Origin: Tolypothrix carrinoi HA7290-LM1
GTDB lineage: Bacteria > Cyanobacteriota > Cyanobacteriia > Cyanobacteriales > Nostocaceae
Direction: 5' to 3'
Assembly: GCA_019358935.1 (NCBI GenBank)
Contig: JAHHIK010000093.1
Location: forward strand, 1-32,577
DNA: 32,577 nucleotides
Positions within the stretch are counted from its first letter, which is position 1; each line of letters begins with the position of its first letter. Positions 1-8,978 of this stretch are shown here, piece by piece. Made by a program: the position numbers and the translations under genes. The notes beneath the pieces are model-generated. The model ran no database searches. It was not told where the DNA came from and was given only the letters and a program-made list of their open reading frames with translations.

Positions 1-103
1 ATGTGTGACAAGCACCATTTCACGCTCGGAGCGGAATGATACGAAAGTATCACGTTCCGTTTTGGAGAGCAGCGGCTTCCGCGAGGAAGTCGCTGACTTT
101 AAT
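1..103 (+). mobile_element. 3' end of a group II intron (IIB-like), domains V and VI; the rest lies upstream of the window
   Basis: 29-62 GAGCGGAATGATAC-GAAA-GTATC-AC-GTTCCGTTT folds as a 34-nt DV with AGC triad, GAAA tetraloop and AC bulge. 67-99 forms DVI (CAGCGGCTTCC-GCGA-GGAAGTCGCTG) with bulged A96, 8 nt from a terminal AAT at 103. Confidence 0.92.
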
Positions 104-260
104 TGAAAATGCAGCGTTGAATATTTTAAAGTTAACTCTGAAAAAATTAGTAAATACGGTGGTTAGCACCGAACTTGAAGTCAAGGCGAGAGATTCCCCT
201 CTGCGGGACAATGCGGAAACGCAGCCAAGTAAGGGAACTCGAAGAAAGAGAAAACCCTGA
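104..260 (+). CDS. tnpB: 3' exon / C-terminal part of IS200/IS605-family TnpB
   Basis: Directly after the intron end the frame reads (xxT)-ENAALNILKL...NTVVSTE, matching the TnpB RuvC-III D-x-NAA-x-NI motif. An IS605 right end follows. Confidence 0.75.
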
Positions 261-270
261 GAGTGATTTC

Positions 271-308
271 AGGAATCCTCGTCCCTTTTAGGGCGAGGAG
301 AACGTCAA
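271..308 (+). mobile_element. IS200/IS605 right end (subterminal hairpin plus terminal TCAA); 3' part of the omega-RNA scaffold
   Basis: GAAT-CCTCGTCCCT-TTT-AGGGCGAGG-AGAACG-TCAA has the same GAAT guide / hairpin / TCAA layout as the IS608 right end. Confidence 0.85.
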
Positions 309-502
309 CAACGCCAATTCATAACTTCAAAGCTACCACAGAATGGCTGAATGAAGAGATTTTTCACGACCACATAAACCCAAATAATGTTGGTAAAACA
401 GTTGTGCGGACAGCAGAAATAGTTGGCGCAGGAGTTGTAGGGGTTCTAGTTGCGAGAAAATTACTGAAAATGTTGGGAGATGATAAAAGCGATAAATCTT
501 GA
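309..502 (+). pseudogene. Probable 3' remnant of a small membrane protein gene interrupted by the IS605 element
   Basis: ORF 263-502 begins inside the IS end. The part after 308 encodes a hydrophobic Gly-rich helix (AEIVGAGVVGVLVA). Confidence 0.4.
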
Positions 503-523
503 TGTTTGCAATATCATGTCCGC

Positions 524-1210
524 TTAATCACTCATAGCAGCATTTTTACCCGCGATCCGCCCGTAAACGAGACATTCGGAGACGTTCGTCGATGTTTGAT
601 ATCGAAACCCCCAAATCGAACCGAACTCACCCGCAGCATACAGCCTTGGTATGAGATTGCCATCTGGATCTAGAACCCGCGCCTGTTTGTCACGTCGCGG
701 ACCACCTTGGGTATTGTATAGCAGTGGCATCAGTTGCATTGCGTAGTATGGGGGTGCGATCGCTTTCAAAGTATCTGGCTTACGCCCAAAATCAGAGTCT
801 ACACCATTGCAGCATAAGTGATTATATTTACCAATAGTCAATTGCAAAGCTGTCTCGTCAAGCTGTACCATTTTGATGCCATCACCCGTATTTCCCGGAC
901 TTCCAAGCAACCCAATATCTTTCTTCGGGTTCAAATTCTCCGATTTCATTTTTTGATTATTCTCGAAACCACCGCAGGTCATAATTACACCTTTCTTCGC
1001 AGAAATGAAGATTTCTTGCCCTTCGCACTCAGCAATGACTCCGATAATTTCACCGCGATCGTTCTTCACTAACTCTTTGGTGGGAGTGGAAACCATGACT
1101 TTGATACCACGCGACTTTACGTGTCGATCTAAAAGTTTCCAAAGACGATGACCCCCCGTCGGTTCAGGACAAGTCTCTGTTTGCTTGAGATGGAGGGCTA
1201 CAACTTCCAA
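524..1210 (-). pseudogene. Fragment of a FAD-binding flavoprotein (fumarate reductase/flavocytochrome c/3-ketosteroid dehydrogenase-like), N-terminus missing and internally deleted
   Basis: Motifs AKKGVIMTCGGF, GNTGDGIKM, TQGGP, IPRLYAAGE and GRIAGKNAA are present. There is no GxGxxG N-terminus, and the segment expected between GDGIKMVQ and LDETALQ appears missing. Confidence 0.7.
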
Positions 1211-1258
1211 ACCTTGGGCAGATCCATTTTCGCTCTTGTTGATGCTCGTGACTGGAGT

Positions 1259-1765
1259 TTAGTCAATGAGTGTTGTACCAAGCGTTTGCGCTCTTCGAGT
1301 GAAAGCCAGAACGCAGCGAGAAGCCCGAAGATACCCTGTGTCTGGGTGGTACAGGGCGTGCATTCCTTCATCTGGGTGGAATTGGGGAAATCGTTTGCGA
1401 ACCTCAGAGTCTGTGAGATATTCGTATTCCAACCCCGCCTCCGAAGCACACTTTAGCCTTTTCTGGAATGTTGGCTGCTGTGGGAAGCTGATATCCAGCC
1501 CTCCTGTTTTGACGTAAAGCTTTTCTTTTGCCTCGTCTTCTAACGCAAACCACAGCTCAGACGCGGCGCGTGCCATATTGATGTAAATCGGGTGGTCATG
1601 GGTATAGCGGATTACTCGTGAAGAACCATAGGAACTTCCTTTTTGGTGGTTCAACTCAAACTGTTCCAACAGCAGCACTCGCACTCCGGCTTTAGCTAGG
1701 TAGTAGGCGGTTGCACTCCCCATGACACCAGCACCTAGAACAATTGCATCAAAGTTTTGTGTCAT
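1259..1765 (-). pseudogene. Truncated monomeric sarcosine oxidase / N-methyltryptophan oxidase (SolA-like)
   Basis: FDAIVLGAGVMGSATAYYLA...LLEQF...GSSYGSSRVIR N-terminus. It stops at 168 aa by TAA, and the frame continues with TPVTSI. Confidence 0.8.
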
Positions 1766-1882
1766 AAATGAGTCAGCATTGACTGTCGCTGTTACAGATT
1801 ATTAGTTCATCAGGTGTGAAAGTCTGTCGATGTGCGAACCAAAACAATCGAATCAAACCTTCGTAGGGCATTGTTGCAAACA

Positions 1883-3799
1883 TCAAATTCCCCTCTCTAC
1901 AAGGGAACTTCGCTTTAGCAAATTTTGTGAAAAGTCAGATGCTGTTGCAGTAAAGTCGGCAAAACGGTTGGGATGATACAGCTGATGCATAGGATGGAAT
2001 TCCCCTCGCAGTGACGCCAGCACCGCAAGAGCGATCGCCGGCGATTCCGCAAAGCCCCCCGTATTGTGTCCTCCTGCGATAATCAATTTGCCGCCGCTCT
2101 TAGTCGGGATCGCCTCGAAAACTCCAAGGCTAGTGGATGTCCACGGACGCACGCAATATCTCCGGCTTGCTTCTAACAATCCACTAGTGATCGCTTTTTC
2201 GTAGGCTCTAGGAAAGTAGTGTTTTAATGAATCTTCTATCCCCCAGTACATCGCCTCGAGCTGATCCTTTAGGATGTTGTTGGGGTCAAGACCGGTGTAG
2301 CCAAAGCCCGATCCACAAATCAAAATATCTTGCCCTTCTTCATCTTTGGCTACAGTGATATTCCCATCTTCGGTGATGTGTCCTTTGCGAACGAATTTTA
2401 ACGAATGCTCCACCTTCGGCTCTAGATTCGGGATGACCATCCACCCACCTAATACACCTTGGATTTTGTTCTCACTAAGCGTCCCTCTGAGCAATTCGTT
2501 GCCATACACCCCAGGAGAGATGACGTAATTATCCGCCGCGATCGCACCGTTGCCTGACATCAAACCGATAACTTCGCCGCGATCGTTGCGATCGATCTTT
2601 GTGATGCGCTGGTTCCAAAAGCATTGTACCCCTACTTGCTCCAAATGATCCAATAAGTTGGCAATGAATTTGTGGACATTTACGGTGAACCCAACTAACT
2701 CCACCGCACCTGCAACTACGCCGTTTTTGCAAGCATCCTCTAGGGCGGGGTATTTTTCTATCAACTCTTCAGGTGTCAAGGTGCGCTTTAGCGACTGTGC
2801 CTTTTTATGGCGTTCAACGACTTGCTGATAATGTGCAGGGTCTGAGGACATACCGACAATGCCTTCTTTGAGTTCAACGCCTTGGAATAGTTCAGAAGCG
2901 TTTTCGATCAAGTCTGACCACAAAAGTTTGCTTTCATGGTTGATAGAAATGATATCGTTGTTGTAAACGTTTGCCAACCATTGGGGAACTGCTTCGTACT
3001 CGTGGAGCCATGTCTGCTCTGCTTGGGAAAGATTATTTGTGTCGCAGATCGCCCATCCATGCTCTGACACTTTTGTGCGGAAATAACTATTGTTGAAGCG
3101 ATCGACCCCTGTAAAGTCCTTGTCGTTGTAATTATTATTCTCTCTGATGCTAAACATCCTCGCGTCGCCGCCGCCGCGCGTGCAGCCATATTTTGACCAG
3201 TGTTCGGATTTCCTGGGATCGGGCGAGGATTCATAAATTGTAATGTTGTAACCCGATGAAGCTAAATAATGGGCAGTTATCAGACTGACAATGCCGGCAC
3301 CGACGATCGCAACAGATGCTTTTTGCCTTGTATAAACGACACTTTTATTATCCAACGCACGCACGAGTCGTTCGGTATTGATGCGTTCAGCCAAGCTCAA
3401 CGGCAAAATATCGGCATGGATGCGATCGTTCGGCACAGAAGGAGAATCCGCGACATCCTGGCTCAACGGCTGAATATCGTCATGGATCTTGCGATCGTTC
3501 GGCACAGAAGGAAAAACCCGGACACCTGCAAACCAGAACTGGGGCGCATCCTCAGCTTGGAGGCTATTAACTTTTTGCACAATGAACCGCTCTTTATCGG
3601 GCATTGCGGATTCCCAACTTCTAATAGCTTGCTCCTCCGGCAATTCTTGGACAATCAAAACATCCGGTTTGAGCTCAATCAAGGTCTTGCCGATGAAACG
3701 GCTTCCTTTGGAGTGCAAGTCAGGTCGGTAGATAATGTTATCATCAAGGATGTCTTGTAGAATATTTTCAGCAACTTTGTAAGCAATCAAAATTCGCAT
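1883..3799 (-). CDS. FAD-dependent oxidoreductase (D-amino-acid oxidase/dehydrogenase superfamily) with a ~160-aa N-terminal extension
   Basis: VAIVGAGIVSLITAHYLA Rossmann motif, RPWT, and C-terminal GGHNTGGFAESPAIA. Confidence 0.8.
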   Translation of the reverse strand: MRILIAYKVAENILQDILDDNIIYRPDLHSKGSRFIGKTLIELKPDVLIVQELPEEQAIRSWESAMPDKERFIVQKVNSLQAEDAPQFWFAGVRVFPSVPNDRKIHDDIQPLSQDVADSPSVPNDRIHADILPLSLAERINTERLVRALDNKSVVYTRQKASVAIVGAGIVSLITAHYLASSGYNITIYESSPDPRKSEHWSKYGCTRGGGDARMFSIRENNNYNDKDFTGVDRFNNSYFRTKVSEHGWAICDTNNLSQAEQTWLHEYEAVPQWLANVYNNDIISINHESKLLWSDLIENASELFQGVELKEGIVGMSSDPAHYQQVVERHKKAQSLKRTLTPEELIEKYPALEDACKNGVVAGAVELVGFTVNVHKFIANLLDHLEQVGVQCFWNQRITKIDRNDRGEVIGLMSGNGAIAADNYVISPGVYGNELLRGTLSENKIQGVLGGWMVIPNLEPKVEHSLKFVRKGHITEDGNITVAKDEEGQDILICGSGFGYTGLDPNNILKDQLEAMYWGIEDSLKHYFPRAYEKAITSGLLEASRRYCVRPWTSTSLGVFEAIPTKSGGKLIIAGGHNTGGFAESPAIALAVLASLRGEFHPMHQLYHPNRFADFTATASDFSQNLLKRSSLVERGI

Positions 3800-4336
3800 G
3801 ACTTACCTATACTTTTTCGCTAATTACGATCAACTTGTTTTTCTTTTTTGAACGCTAGTTGCGCCACAAACACATCTGCTACCGGTTGGGTGTGGACTAC
3901 TGCGATAGTCTCGATCCCATTTTTATACATCGACCAGTCAGGCAATCCCCGAATTTTCATTTAACATTTTCTGCTTGTTAATTTACATAAAACAACCTTC
4001 TAAAGTTACAGCCAAAAACCTAACCTTAGGTAGAGCCAGTAAATGAATAAAAGTAAGATACTTGCGTTTTTTGAAGTTTAGGCTTAACTGAATTATTGAT
4101 GCCGTCAGCCTAGAGCAAATTATTGGTAAATTCTGCAACCCCAATTTTCTCAAGTAAGTATTTTCTACACTTAGAGCAGAGATATCGAGCAACAAATTAT
4201 TTGTCGTTGTTAACGCACAAGCGTTAAGAGAAACGGAGATTTCGTATTTTAAAGTTGTTTTGGGTGTAAAACAAATATTAACGACGCTAAAAAAACCGAT
4301 AAATCCTGATGTTTTTAACAAGCTTATGGTATAATC

Positions 4337-5038
4337 ATGCCGAGAATTTTCAACTCTAATCTTTGGAAACGTCTCCAATCTTTCTTGACTTTTTTCAAGG
4401 GGCTGATCGTTAACCATCGTGCGTCTTTGCTGCTTTTATTAATAGGAGTTTATTTACCCTTACAAGTTTTTGGGGAACTAGCGGAAGATGTTTGGGAGAA
4501 TGAAGGTGGCTTTCGGTGGGATGTGCCGATTTTGTTAGCAATTCACTCGACGGCTAGACCATCCCTTGATGTTTTTGCTAGCACGCTGACAAAATTCGGG
4601 GTATTTTGGGGTGTGTTTCCGGTTGCGAGTGCGATCGCGATCGCTTTATTTATTCGTCGTCGGTGGCGATCGCTAATCTACTTAATTACCACGTTGTTAG
4701 GCAGCATCATCATCAACCGGACGGCAAAGATTTTGTTGCATCGCGTGCGTCCTCATTTGTGGGAGTCACCTGCACCAGAGTTTGACTACGGATTCCCCAG
4801 CGGTCATGCTATGTCGAGTATGACTTTAGTCGCAGTTTTAGTGATTTTAACATGGGGTAGTCGTTGGCGCTGGCTGGTTATAATTGCCGGAAGTCTGTTT
4901 GTGTTAGCGATTGGCTGGACGCGGTTGTATTTGGGAGTTCATTATCCCAGCGACATTTTAGCAGGCTGGACGGCTTCTGTGGCTTGGGCTGTTGGCGTGA
5001 GTTTGCTGATTAAGCCTAATAGTAGGCATCGTGGATAG
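4337..5038 (+). CDS. PAP2-family membrane phosphatase
   Basis: KxxxxxxRP, FPSGH and TRLYLGVHYPSD motifs with several TM helices. Confidence 0.93.
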   Translation: MPRIFNSNLWKRLQSFLTFFKGLIVNHRASLLLLLIGVYLPLQVFGELAEDVWENEGGFRWDVPILLAIHSTARPSLDVFASTLTKFGVFWGVFPVASAIAIALFIRRRWRSLIYLITTLLGSIIINRTAKILLHRVRPHLWESPAPEFDYGFPSGHAMSSMTLVAVLVILTWGSRWRWLVIIAGSLFVLAIGWTRLYLGVHYPSDILAGWTASVAWAVGVSLLIKPNSRHRG

Positions 5039-5074
5039 CTTGCAGACATTCTTTCTCAATGTGGGCGAGGCTGC

Positions 5075-7279
5075 TTATAAGTTTACAAGTTCGGCGACAA
5101 TTTTCACTAACTCATCTGGTTCAATTGGTTTTGCGAGATGCTTTTGAAAGCCGGCTTCGAGTGCTTGCATTTTATCTTCTATTCTGGTGTATGCGGTGAG
5201 AGCGATCGCCGGAATTTTTCTAGCACTTTTTTGCTCTAAATCTCGCACTTGACTAATTAACTGATAACCATCTTCTCCCGGCATTCCAATATCACTCACC
5301 AATACATGAAAATGATCTCGTTTTAAACATTCTATCGCTTCACTTACCGATCCTACAGCCGTAACTTTCGCTTTAGATTCTTCCAACACAACTTTCAAAA
5401 AGTCACGACTGTCGATATTGTCCTCTACAACTAAGACTCGGACATTATCCAGGGAAGGTAAATTTTCTGGGTCATTTGCATTATTTTCTACCGCAGATTC
5501 CGGCTTTAACTGATTTGCTTTTGGTAGCGGTAAATAAACTGTGAAGGTTGCACCTTTACCCTCACCTTCGCTGTGAGCATAAATTTTGCCATTATGCAAT
5601 TCTACTAGGTGACGAGCAATTGTCAATCCTAACCCCAGCCCGCCATAAGAGCGGGTAGAAGAACTATCTGCTTGTCGAAAGCGGTCAAAGACGTAAGGAA
5701 CAAAGTCAGGATTAATGCCAATTCCTGTGTCGGTGACTGTGATTTGAGCGTAAGTGGGAGGAGTGGGGGAGGGGGGGATGGGGAGAGGGGGGGATGGGGG
5801 GGACAAGGGAGAGGGGGGAGACAAGGGAGATGGGGGGGACAAGGGGGATGGGGGGGACAAGGGAGAGGGGGGAGACAAGGGAGAAAATTCACTTCCAAGT
5901 CCCCCAAGTCCTCCTTGTCCTCCTTGTCCCCCTTGTCCCCCTTGTCCCCCATGTCCCATTCCCATCGACAAGCTTATTTCAACTCGTCCGCCTTTAGAGG
6001 TAAACTTGATTGCATTCGAGAGCAAGTTTCCAATAACTTGCCGCAGACGTTGTTGGTCGCCACAAATTATTTGTACTTGCTCCTCGAATATACTTTCTAG
6101 TTGAATGGCTTTCGCGTCGGCTTGCGGGCGTACAGTTTCTAGTAGTGTTTCAATTAAAGTAATTAGATTTACTGGTTCTATTTGCAACTGCAACTTTCCT
6201 CGAATGATTTTTGAGACATCGAGGATATCTTCAATCAGTTGTGCTTGAGATTGGGCATTGCGTTCAATTGTTTCTAAAGCGCGATTTGTGGTTGCGGTGT
6301 CAAATTGTCTGGTAAGCAACTGTTTCGACCAACCGAGTATTGAGGTGAGGGGGGTACGAAGTTCGTGAGAAACGATCGCTAAAAACTCATCTTTCATCCG
6401 GTTGGCAGCTTCGGCTTCTTGCCTTGCTGCTTGTTCGCGAATCATTTGTTCGCGCACTATTTCCGCCTGCTTGCGTTCTGTGATATCTTCAATAGTGCCA
6501 ACGTATCCCAATAATTGCCGATTATCGGAAAACATCACCGATGTGCGGACATGAACCCAGCACAATGTATTATCGGGCTGGCAAATACGAAATTCATCTG
6601 AGTATGTCTGTCCGCAACGAATAGAACGCGACCAATCAGCAAGCACGCGATCGCGATCTTCTAGACAAATACATTTTGCCCAACCTTCCTCCCAACTTTC
6701 ATCAATTTTGAAGTTATAAAATGCTTGACAATTGGGATTTGTATAAGTAAATTTCCCTTCTGTATCTGTTAAAAAAATGGCAATTGGAGAGCAAGCACTC
6801 AAGGCGCGAAATTTCTCTTCACTTTCTCTCAGTTCAGAGTTCATGCTCTTGAGTTCGGTTGCTTGTCGCTTTACTTCGAGTGTTTTTTTGAACAGTTCCA
6901 CAAACACGGTTACTTTTGATTTTAAGATAACCGAGTCAATCGGCTTCGACAGATAGTCTACTGCGCCTAAAGTATAACCCTTAAAGAGCATGGTATCGTT
7001 AACACCAAAGGCTGTGAGAAAAATTATCGGCGTGTTGCGCGATCGCTCTCTTTGCCGAATTAAGGTTGCTGTCTCAAACCCATCCATTCCCGGCATTTGC
7101 ACATCTAGTAAAATTACGGCAAAGTCTTGATGCAATAAGCACCTGAGAGCTTCTGCACCAGAATAAGCTTTGACTAAATTCTGATCCAGCCCTTCTAAGA
7201 TTGCTTCCAAAGCAATCAAATTTTCTGGATGATCGTCTATTAAGAGGATGTTTACTTTTGGTGCAGACTGCATAATCAA
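5075..7279 (-). CDS. Hybrid histidine kinase REC-PAS-HisKA-HATPase-REC
   Basis: ILLIDD/LLDVQMP receiver, [15 protein letters not shown]-box, NLLSNAIKFT, DTGIG, GLGLGL, and a C-terminal SDIGMP receiver. Confidence 0.95.
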   Translation of the reverse strand: MIMQSAPKVNILLIDDHPENLIALEAILEGLDQNLVKAYSGAEALRCLLHQDFAVILLDVQMPGMDGFETATLIRQRERSRNTPIIFLTAFGVNDTMLFKGYTLGAVDYLSKPIDSVILKSKVTVFVELFKKTLEVKRQATELKSMNSELRESEEKFRALSACSPIAIFLTDTEGKFTYTNPNCQAFYNFKIDESWEEGWAKCICLEDRDRVLADWSRSIRCGQTYSDEFRICQPDNTLCWVHVRTSVMFSDNRQLLGYVGTIEDITERKQAEIVREQMIREQAARQEAEAANRMKDEFLAIVSHELRTPLTSILGWSKQLLTRQFDTATTNRALETIERNAQSQAQLIEDILDVSKIIRGKLQLQIEPVNLITLIETLLETVRPQADAKAIQLESIFEEQVQIICGDQQRLRQVIGNLLSNAIKFTSKGGRVEISLSMGMGHGGQGGQGGQGGQGGLGGLGSEFSPLSPPSPLSPPSPLSPPSPLSPPSPLSPPSPPLPIPPSPTPPTYAQITVTDTGIGINPDFVPYVFDRFRQADSSSTRSYGGLGLGLTIARHLVELHNGKIYAHSEGEGKGATFTVYLPLPKANQLKPESAVENNANDPENLPSLDNVRVLVVEDNIDSRDFLKVVLEESKAKVTAVGSVSEAIECLKRDHFHVLVSDIGMPGEDGYQLISQVRDLEQKSARKIPAIALTAYTRIEDKMQALEAGFQKHLAKPIEPDELVKIVAELVNL
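5754..5965. repeat. In-frame inverted repeat cassette (GGQGGQ..EFSPL..(SPLSPP)n) in the HATPase domain
   Basis: 18-nt GGGGGACAAGGG-type units face 9-nt CCTTGTCCY units across a GAGAAAATTCAC spacer. Confidence 0.95.
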
Positions 7280-7331
7280 TTAAAATTATAAATTCCAAAT
7301 TTATTATTTAAGATGCTAAACCAACCTTTTT

Positions 7332-7922
7332 TTATCCGGAATTAGAGGTGAAAAAAGAGGAAGAACAAAGATTGACCAAGAACGGAGCGATTTCTGGTAA
7401 AGGCAAAATTGTTGCTGAAACCACTGCTGCAATTGCCGCATCTGGCATTATACGACTAACAGCTGTGGTCGGTTCTTGAACAATTGCTATTCCACCATAT
7501 GACTTGACTTTTGCCAATCCTTGTGCGCCATCTTGACTTGAGCCTGTGAGAATCACGCCAATTGCTCGCTCTCCATAAGCATCAGCGGTGGATTCAAATA
7601 GCACATCAATAGAGGGACGGGCATAAGAAACAGGGGCTTCGGTTGAAAGAGCAAAGTGACCGGGTTCTACTAATAAATGATAATCTGCTGGTGCGAGGTA
7701 AATTTGTCCGGGGGCGATCGCCTGTTTGTCTGTCACTTCCACTACTGGTAATAAACTAGACCTTTGCAAGCAGCTGACCAATTCACCTTCCGAGTCTTTG
7801 TGACGATGTTGAGCCACAGCGATGGCGATCGCCAAGTTTTTCGGTAAGCTTCCCAAAATCGTCTCCATCGCTTGTAATCCCCCCCAAGATGCACCAATTA
7901 CAGTAATAGCAAATTTCATCAT
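7332..7922 (-). CDS. cheB: Stand-alone CheB-type methylesterase (no receiver domain)
   Basis: GASWGG, QH, RPSIDVLF, GVILTG and DGAQG catalytic motifs. Overlaps the cheR stop by 4 nt. Confidence 0.93.
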   Translation of the reverse strand: MMKFAITVIGASWGGLQAMETILGSLPKNLAIAIAVAQHRHKDSEGELVSCLQRSSLLPVVEVTDKQAIAPGQIYLAPADYHLLVEPGHFALSTEAPVSYARPSIDVLFESTADAYGERAIGVILTGSSQDGAQGLAKVKSYGGIAIVQEPTTAVSRIMPDAAIAAVVSATILPLPEIAPFLVNLCSSSFFTSNSG

Positions 7923-8752
7923 TCGACCCTCCGGTAAAGCTTTTCCTGAGTAGCCAACTCATCGTAAAAGTCTTCGTAAGGTGAGCCAATCAGCGTTTCT
8001 TGTTTCCCCAATCCCAAAACACCGAACATCTTTAAACTTCCATATAGCAACTTGTGAACTTGGTCTTGGAGTTCTTTGTTAAAGTAAATTAAAACATTGC
8101 GACAGAGAATAACGTTGAATTCATTGAAAGAAGCATCTGTTACCAAATTATGCGGTGAAAATATGAGATTTTCTTTCAAAAAAGAATGGAAAATAGCACC
8201 ATCATAGCCAGCCGTATAATATTTGGAAAATGATTCTTTACCACCCGCTCGCAAATAAAGTTGGGTATATTCTTGCATCAAATGTAAAGAAAAAATACCA
8301 GCTTTGGCTTTGCGTAACACTGCTTCATTCATATCAGTAGCGTAAATGCGGCAACGGTGATACAATCCTTCTTCAAATAGCAAAATTGCCATCGAATAAA
8401 CTTCTTCACCCGTAGAGCATCCAGCGTGCCAAATGCGAATAAAGGGATAGGTACGCAATAGGGGAACGGCTTTATTTCTAAAAGCAATATAGAAACTTGG
8501 ATCGCGAAACATCGCGGTGACATTCACCGAAAGACCCAATAAAAAGCGTTCCATACAAGCGGGGTCGTGCAAAACTTTTTCTTGAAGTCCAGAGACACTA
8601 GTTAGCTTTTCCGCACGAATTGTATTCCAAATTCGACGCTTGAGAGAAGCCATTGCATAGTTACGAAAGTCAAAGCCGTAATAGCGATACACTCCCTCTA
8701 GTAGTAGCTGAATTTCAATATCTTCGAGTTCGTTAGGGTTTTTGGGGGACAT
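7919..8752 (-). CDS. cheR: CheR-type protein-glutamate methyltransferase; likely start at 8752 because the upstream ORF extension is repeat-derived
   Basis: NVTAMFRD, IRIWHAGCSTGEEVYS and ILCRNVLIYF motifs. Confidence 0.93.
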   Translation of the reverse strand: MSPKNPNELEDIEIQLLLEGVYRYYGFDFRNYAMASLKRRIWNTIRAEKLTSVSGLQEKVLHDPACMERFLLGLSVNVTAMFRDPSFYIAFRNKAVPLLRTYPFIRIWHAGCSTGEEVYSMAILLFEEGLYHRCRIYATDMNEAVLRKAKAGIFSLHLMQEYTQLYLRAGGKESFSKYYTAGYDGAIFHSFLKENLIFSPHNLVTDASFNEFNVILCRNVLIYFNKELQDQVHKLLYGSLKMFGVLGLGKQETLIGSPYEDFYDELATQEKLYRRVE

Positions 8753-8972
8753 GGGGACATGGGGCAAGGGGGACAAGGGGGACAAGGGGGACAAGGGGGA
8801 CAAGGGGGACAAGGGGGACAAGGGGAGCCAGCGCGTTGCGGAGGTCCCCTCCGTTGTAGCGACTGGCACAGGACTTGGGGGACAACTAACCACTAACTAC
8901 TAACTACTAACTCCTAACTCCTAACTCCTAACTCCTAACTCCTAACTCCTAACTACTAACTCCTAACTCCTA
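8753..8972. repeat. Intergenic repeat complex: (GGGGGACAA)n, a hairpin mini-element at 8825-8867, and (CTAACTC/CTAACTA)n
   Basis: Tandem 9-mers and 7-mers are directly visible. Confidence 0.95.
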
Positions 8973-8978
8973 CAAAAC

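Noticed and set aside
36..260. 74-aa ORF as a stand-alone gene
   Set aside because: Its first part is intron DV/DVI RNA. Only the part after nt 103 looks like protein (TnpB tail).
3983..4417. 144-aa minus-strand ORF
   Set aside because: AT-rich intergenic-like composition, overlap with the PAP2 start, and no recognisable motif.
5629..6104. Collagen-like, Cys/Pro-rich or GDKG ORFs on alternative frames (also at 10144-10482, 14145-14544, 21086-21503)
   Set aside because: These are shadow ORFs produced by stop-free G/C repeats within real kinase genes.
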